From: an uncultured Erysipelotrichaceae bacterium
Lineage (GTDB): Bacteria; Bacillota_I; Bacilli_A; Erysipelotrichales; Erysipelotrichaceae
Length of the DNA: 11,375 nucleotides
Direction: 5' to 3'
Assembly (NCBI GenBank): GCA_964457525.1
Contig: CAYWGS010000045.1
Span: 504-11,878, forward strand
In this document: one piece after another, positions 7,460 to 11,375 of the stretch
Layout: every line of letters starts with the position of its first letter
Numbering within the stretch: position 1 is the first letter of the stretch
Notes under the pieces: generated by a model
Told to the model about the DNA's origin: nothing
Databases searched by the model: none
The model's input: the letters and a program-made list of their open reading frames with translations, nothing else
Translations under genes and position numbers: made by a program

Positions 7460-7465
7460 TATAAT
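7460..7465 (+). promoter_or_regulatory. Possible -10 element upstream of the RNase J gene (weak call)
   Basis: A perfect TATAAT at 7460-7465 lies in the 54-nt miaB-rnj spacer. There is no good -35, and no terminator follows miaB, so co-transcription with miaB is equally possible. Confidence 0.3.
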
Positions 7466-7495
7466 TAAGAAAAAGCATTATTAGGAGGAAATATA

Positions 7496-9160
7496 ATGAA
7501 TGAAGTACGCATTTTTGCGTTAGGTGGATTAGATGAGGACGGTAAGAATCTTACTGTTGTTGAGATAAATCAAGATATTTTTGTTATTGATGTAGGATTG
7601 AAATATCCTGATAAAGATCGACTTGGTGTTGAAATTATCATCCCGGATTTTAATTATCTAATTGAGAATAAGAATCGAATTAAGGGTATATTTATAACGC
7701 ATGGTCATGATGATGCGATGTCCGCGTTGCCATATTTAATCAAACAAGTAGATTTACCTATTTTTACAACACCCTTAACTGCTAAGTTAATTGAACGTCT
7801 ATTTAAAGAAGAAAAGATAACTCAATATACTTTAAAAGTATTAAAACGAGAAGATAATATAACGATTGGTAAGATAAATGTAAGAACATTTAGTTTAACA
7901 CATTCAATTGCGGATGCTTTTGGTGTTGCGATTGAAAGTCCATTTGGCTATATCGTTTATGCTGGTGAGTATATTATTGATTTCAATACACGAAATCAAG
8001 CATTTTCATGTGATATCACCAGTTTTGCGGATATTGGCAAAAAGGGTGTTTTTGCATTATTAACTGAATCTGTAGGTTCTGATCGACCAGGTTACACAGC
8101 ACCTAATCATAGTATTACAGAAATTGTGGAAGACACATTAGAGAATACTAAGAATAGAGTTGTAGTTACTATGTATGAACAAAACTTGTTCCGTTTACTT
8201 GAATTACTTGAGTTAGCTAAGAAATATAAACGTAAAGTTTTCTTTTACAATGAAACTCAAAGAGAATTATTGAGATTAGCTGAATCACTTGGCTATTATA
8301 AAATGCCTTTAGATTTAGAACTACCTAAATCAAAGTTTAATAATTCAATTGAGAACTTAATGATTATTGTCTCTGGAAGTGGTCCACAAGTCTTTAAGTT
8401 AATGCATAAGATTGCGATGAATGAAGATGATACGATTAATCTAAGTCCAAGTGATACGGTTATTATTGCTTCTCCAATTGTTCCTGGGACTGAGCGTGAA
8501 GCAGGGCGTATGGAAAATGAATTGTATAAAGAAGATGTCAATGTTGTTACACTCGATCGCAGAAAAGTTGTATCAATGCATGCATCGATTGAAGATATTA
8601 AAATGCTTGTTTATTTACTTAAACCAAAGTACTTTATTCCGATTCATGGGGAATATCGTCATCTCGTCAATAATGCAACAATTGCTTTAGATATGGGATA
8701 TTATGCGGATAAGATTGTTGTGTTAGATAATGGTCAAATTGCTACATTTAAAGATGGTAAATTAAACAACACTGCAAATATTTTAAAGTTAGAAGAAATA
8801 TTAATTGATGGAAATGCACATCTTGATTCAAGTGGTTTAATCTTGAAGGATCGGGAACTATTATCTACAGATGGCGTCATCGTGATAGGTGTTGTTTTGA
8901 ACTTCAATACAAAAGAGGTTATTGGTGGACCAGATGTTCAATCACGTGGAGTTATTTACTTAAAGGATGCGGATTATATCGTTAAGGAAGTAGGTAATAT
9001 CTTAGAGAATACGATTAATTCGATGGTTGAAGCCAATCGTTATGATAATATGAGTGCTAGAAATGAAGCAAAGGAAAAGATGACGAAGTATATTCTAAAA
9101 GAAACAGGTAAGCGTCCAATGATTCTACCTGTTATAGTGGAAATTAATCTATCTGAGTAA
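7496..9160 (+). CDS. rnj: Ribonuclease J family protein (metallo-beta-lactamase/beta-CASP), J2-like with degenerate metal-binding motifs
   Basis: End-to-end similarity to Bacillus RNase J: IFALGGLDEDGKN, ITHGHDDA, LTHSIADAFG, KPKYFIPIHGEYRH, GGPDVQSRG, KRPMILPVIVEI. Length is 554 aa. RBS AGGAGG at 7484-7489. The gene lies next to ftsK/spoIIIE, as rnjB (ymfA) does in B. subtilis by my recollection. Confidence 0.9.
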   Translation: MNEVRIFALGGLDEDGKNLTVVEINQDIFVIDVGLKYPDKDRLGVEIIIPDFNYLIENKNRIKGIFITHGHDDAMSALPYLIKQVDLPIFTTPLTAKLIERLFKEEKITQYTLKVLKREDNITIGKINVRTFSLTHSIADAFGVAIESPFGYIVYAGEYIIDFNTRNQAFSCDITSFADIGKKGVFALLTESVGSDRPGYTAPNHSITEIVEDTLENTKNRVVVTMYEQNLFRLLELLELAKKYKRKVFFYNETQRELLRLAESLGYYKMPLDLELPKSKFNNSIENLMIIVSGSGPQVFKLMHKIAMNEDDTINLSPSDTVIIASPIVPGTEREAGRMENELYKEDVNVVTLDRRKVVSMHASIEDIKMLVYLLKPKYFIPIHGEYRHLVNNATIALDMGYYADKIVVLDNGQIATFKDGKLNNTANILKLEEILIDGNAHLDSSGLILKDRELLSTDGVIVIGVVLNFNTKEVIGGPDVQSRGVIYLKDADYIVKEVGNILENTINSMVEANRYDNMSARNEAKEKMTKYILKETGKRPMILPVIVEINLSE

Positions 9161-9161
9161 T

Positions 9162-11267
9162 ATGGCGAGAAAGAAACAGAAAATCAGTTATAAACATAGT
9201 CAGATAATTATGATTTGCTTGATTGTATTAGCATTCGTTTTTATCGCGTTTCAAAGGCTTGGATTTATAGGGATTCATCTTGATCGTATTCTTAATATCT
9301 TTTTTGGGTCACGTCGAGATATCGTTTATTTATTTATAACACTCTATTGTTTATATCGAATATTTGTTCGTAAGAAACCTGTATTATCGCTTAAGCATAA
9401 GATTATTTTAGGTTTGACGAGCTTAATCTTGCTTGTTGGAACAAGTTATTTTTCTTACTTACCAACAGATATTGGATTTACAGTATTTAATGCATGGATT
9501 AATAACTTTGCGTTTATCTATACAGAGAAATTCTCGGCACAAGGTGGATTTTTTGGTGTCGTATTTTACTCACTTTTAACGTTTTTACTTGATCGTTTTG
9601 GTACATTAATTGCGTTGATTATTAGTTTATTAATTCTCTTACTTTTAAGCTTTAACTTTGGTTTTGTTAAGGATTGGTTTGTAAGTAAGAAATCAAACTA
9701 TCAATCAAGAAAAGAAACGTACTATGAAGAAGAAGAGTCCGAACCGATTGTTCAAAAACCCGTATTTCTAACACCGGATGAGCCAGTAAAACAGAAAGTG
9801 AAGATTATCGAAGCGGATATTAAAACTAAATCAGCTGCAACAATCCATAGAATTGGAAATTACACACTTCCAAGTTTAAGTGTATTAGATGAAGTCATTG
9901 GTAAGAGTAAGTCTAACGCTAATAGCAATGCGGCTAATCAAAAGGGTCGAAAACTGATTGAAATATTAGGGGAGTTTGGTGTGAATGCTTCATTAGTAGG
10001 TACACATATTGGACCTGCTGTTACAAAATTTGAGGTTCGTCCTGATAGTAATGTAAAGATTTCTAAAATTGCATCTCTACAAGATAACATCAAGATGGAA
10101 TTAGCCGCTAAAGAACTTCGTTTAGAAGCACCGATTCCAGGAAGAAATGCAGTTGGAATTGAAATACCTAATGTAGAGATGATTCCAGTTCGTATGATTG
10201 AATTAATCAAAGATATTGCACCAGATAAACAATCGAAGAAACTTCTATTTCCATTGGGTAAAGATTTAATGGGTAAATCAGTTTACTCTGAATTAGATAA
10301 AATGCCACATTTGTTGATCGCTGGAGCAACAGGTAGTGGTAAATCGGTTTGTGTTAACTCAATCATTATTAACTTTTTATTACGTACATCTCCAAATGAG
10401 TTAAAGCTTGTTTTGATTGATCCTAAAAAGGTTGAATTTACACCTTACCACAAGATTCCTCACTTAATTTCACCTGTTATTTCGGATGCGGTTGAAGCTG
10501 CAAAAGCTTTAAAAGTAATTGTTATGATGATGGAGAATCGATATGAGATCTTCTCAAAAGTAGGGGTTAGAAATATTCAAACCTACAATGAATTATTGCA
10601 AAAGAATACCGATCCAACACTTGAACCAATGCCTTGGATTGTCGTAATCATTGATGAGTTAGCTGATTTAATGATTGTGGCAGGTAAAGAAGTTGAAGCG
10701 AGTATTCAGCGTATTACGCAATTAGCTCGTGCTGCTGGGATACATTTGATTGTGGCTACTCAAAGACCAAGTACAGATGTTATTACAGGTATTATTAAAG
10801 CGAATATTCCATCTCGAATTGCATTTGCAGTATCAAGTGGTATCGATTCTCGCACTATCATTGATGGAGTTGGCGCTGAGCGTTTATTGGGTTATGGAGA
10901 TATGTTATTCTTCCCAGTTGGAGAACCAGCTCCAGTACGTGTACAAGGGGTTTATGTGACGGATGAAGAAATACGAAGAGTAACTGATTTTGTTAATCAA
11001 CAACAAAAACCACAGTTTGATGATGCTTTCTTAAATTTAAATGAGTCTGAAGGAAGTACTCAAGGGGGAACATCTTCTGAGGATCCATTGTTTGAAGAAG
11101 TAAAGAATTATATTATTGAAACAGGTCGTGCATCGACATCCAATATCCAAAGACGATTTGGACTTGGGTATAATCGAGCTGCACGTTTAATTGATATCTT
11201 AGAGGAACAAGGTGTAGTAGGACCAGCTCAGGGTAGTAAACCGAGAGATGTATATTATCACAAATAG
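9162..11267 (+). CDS. ftsK: DNA translocase FtsK/SpoIIIE (membrane-anchored)
   Basis: N-terminal multi-TM domain and a charged linker. The motor domain has Walker A GATGSGKS, Walker B VVIIDELADL and ATQRPS. The C-terminal gamma winged-helix reads STSNIQRRFGLGYNRAARLIDILEEQGVVGP. Length is 701 aa. The start is 1 nt after the rnj stop. Confidence 0.94.
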   Translation: MARKKQKISYKHSQIIMICLIVLAFVFIAFQRLGFIGIHLDRILNIFFGSRRDIVYLFITLYCLYRIFVRKKPVLSLKHKIILGLTSLILLVGTSYFSYLPTDIGFTVFNAWINNFAFIYTEKFSAQGGFFGVVFYSLLTFLLDRFGTLIALIISLLILLLLSFNFGFVKDWFVSKKSNYQSRKETYYEEEESEPIVQKPVFLTPDEPVKQKVKIIEADIKTKSAATIHRIGNYTLPSLSVLDEVIGKSKSNANSNAANQKGRKLIEILGEFGVNASLVGTHIGPAVTKFEVRPDSNVKISKIASLQDNIKMELAAKELRLEAPIPGRNAVGIEIPNVEMIPVRMIELIKDIAPDKQSKKLLFPLGKDLMGKSVYSELDKMPHLLIAGATGSGKSVCVNSIIINFLLRTSPNELKLVLIDPKKVEFTPYHKIPHLISPVISDAVEAAKALKVIVMMMENRYEIFSKVGVRNIQTYNELLQKNTDPTLEPMPWIVVIIDELADLMIVAGKEVEASIQRITQLARAAGIHLIVATQRPSTDVITGIIKANIPSRIAFAVSSGIDSRTIIDGVGAERLLGYGDMLFFPVGEPAPVRVQGVYVTDEEIRRVTDFVNQQQKPQFDDAFLNLNESEGSTQGGTSSEDPLFEEVKNYIIETGRASTSNIQRRFGLGYNRAARLIDILEEQGVVGPAQGSKPRDVYYHK

Positions 11268-11336
11268 TATTTTTGAGGTTAATATTCAGTGTTAACGCAA
11301 TGAAATTAGAATAATGACTAAATTAATCTAAAACAG

Positions 11337-11366
11337 AGTGATATTCAGGGATGGATATCACTTTTT
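11337..11366 (+). terminator. Candidate rho-independent terminator about 70 nt downstream of ftsK
   Basis: An 8-bp stem AGTGATAT (11337-11344) / ATATCACT (11355-11362) has a 10-nt loop and is followed by TTTTTATT. The stem is A/T-rich and the loop is large, so the call is moderate. Confidence 0.5.
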
Positions 11367-11375
11367 ATTAGAAAA

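Noticed and set aside
401-10210. Minus-strand track ORFs at 401..589, 630..827, 933..1127, 1387..1590, 2647..2910, 4357..4563, 8296..8541 and 9938..10210.
   Set aside because: Each lies entirely antisense to a + strand gene with clear family motifs. The translations are compositionally odd, with no recognisable domains, RBS or promoter context. They are typical shadow ORFs of AT-rich DNA.
8451-10959. Out-of-frame + strand ORFs 8451..8690 and 10750..10959.
   Set aside because: They are embedded in alternative frames of the RNase J and FtsK genes. They are L-rich and low in complexity, with no start context.
1-11375. An alternative genetic code (TGA=Trp, Mollicutes-like), suggested by the low GC content.
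   Set aside because: TGA terminates the rodZ-like ORF (1213-1215) and the ymdB ORF (5741-5743) at family-typical lengths. All long ORFs are full-length homologues under the standard code.
1-11375. A search for mobile elements, CRISPR repeats, defence or toxin-antitoxin modules, integrases, inverted terminal repeats, and tRNA or rRNA genes.
   Set aside because: I saw no repeat arrays, transposase- or integrase-like ORFs, or unexplained gene-sized gaps. Every interval over 100 nt is accounted for by a housekeeping gene, rnpB or a short regulatory spacer.

Overview
This is a low-GC Bacillota-type chromosomal core region. All genes are on the + strand and the code is standard: TGA ends the rodZ-like and ymdB ORFs at family-typical lengths. 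In order, the window holds the 3' part of a type-B RNase P RNA (rnpB) with its terminator, then a tightly packed rodZ-like/pgsA/cinA-C-domain/recA block. After that come rny (RNase Y) and ymdB, then a 58-aa GTG-initiated 2x[4Fe-4S] ferredoxin that is missing from the supplied ORF track. The window ends with miaB, an RNase J paralogue with degenerate catalytic motifs (J2-like), and ftsK/spoIIIE. The minus-strand track ORFs and the out-of-frame + strand track ORFs all lie antisense to, or overlap, well-supported genes and look spurious. I find no mobile element, CRISPR array, tRNA/rRNA, toxin-antitoxin, defence or other accessory system. My honest reading is a conserved housekeeping locus, largely colinear with the B. 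subtilis rnjB-spoIIIE ... ymfM-pgsA-cinA-recA-rny-ymdB ... miaB neighbourhood as I recall it, not a novel system. Four points deserve a second look: (1) the hidden ferredoxin; (2) its hairpin/T-run sitting directly against the miaB RBS with no room for a miaB promoter; (3) the RNase J active-site substitutions; (4) recA lacking a canonical LexA (Cheo) box. The taxon cannot be assigned from this window. All motif comparisons were done by eye and from memory of family consensus sequences.
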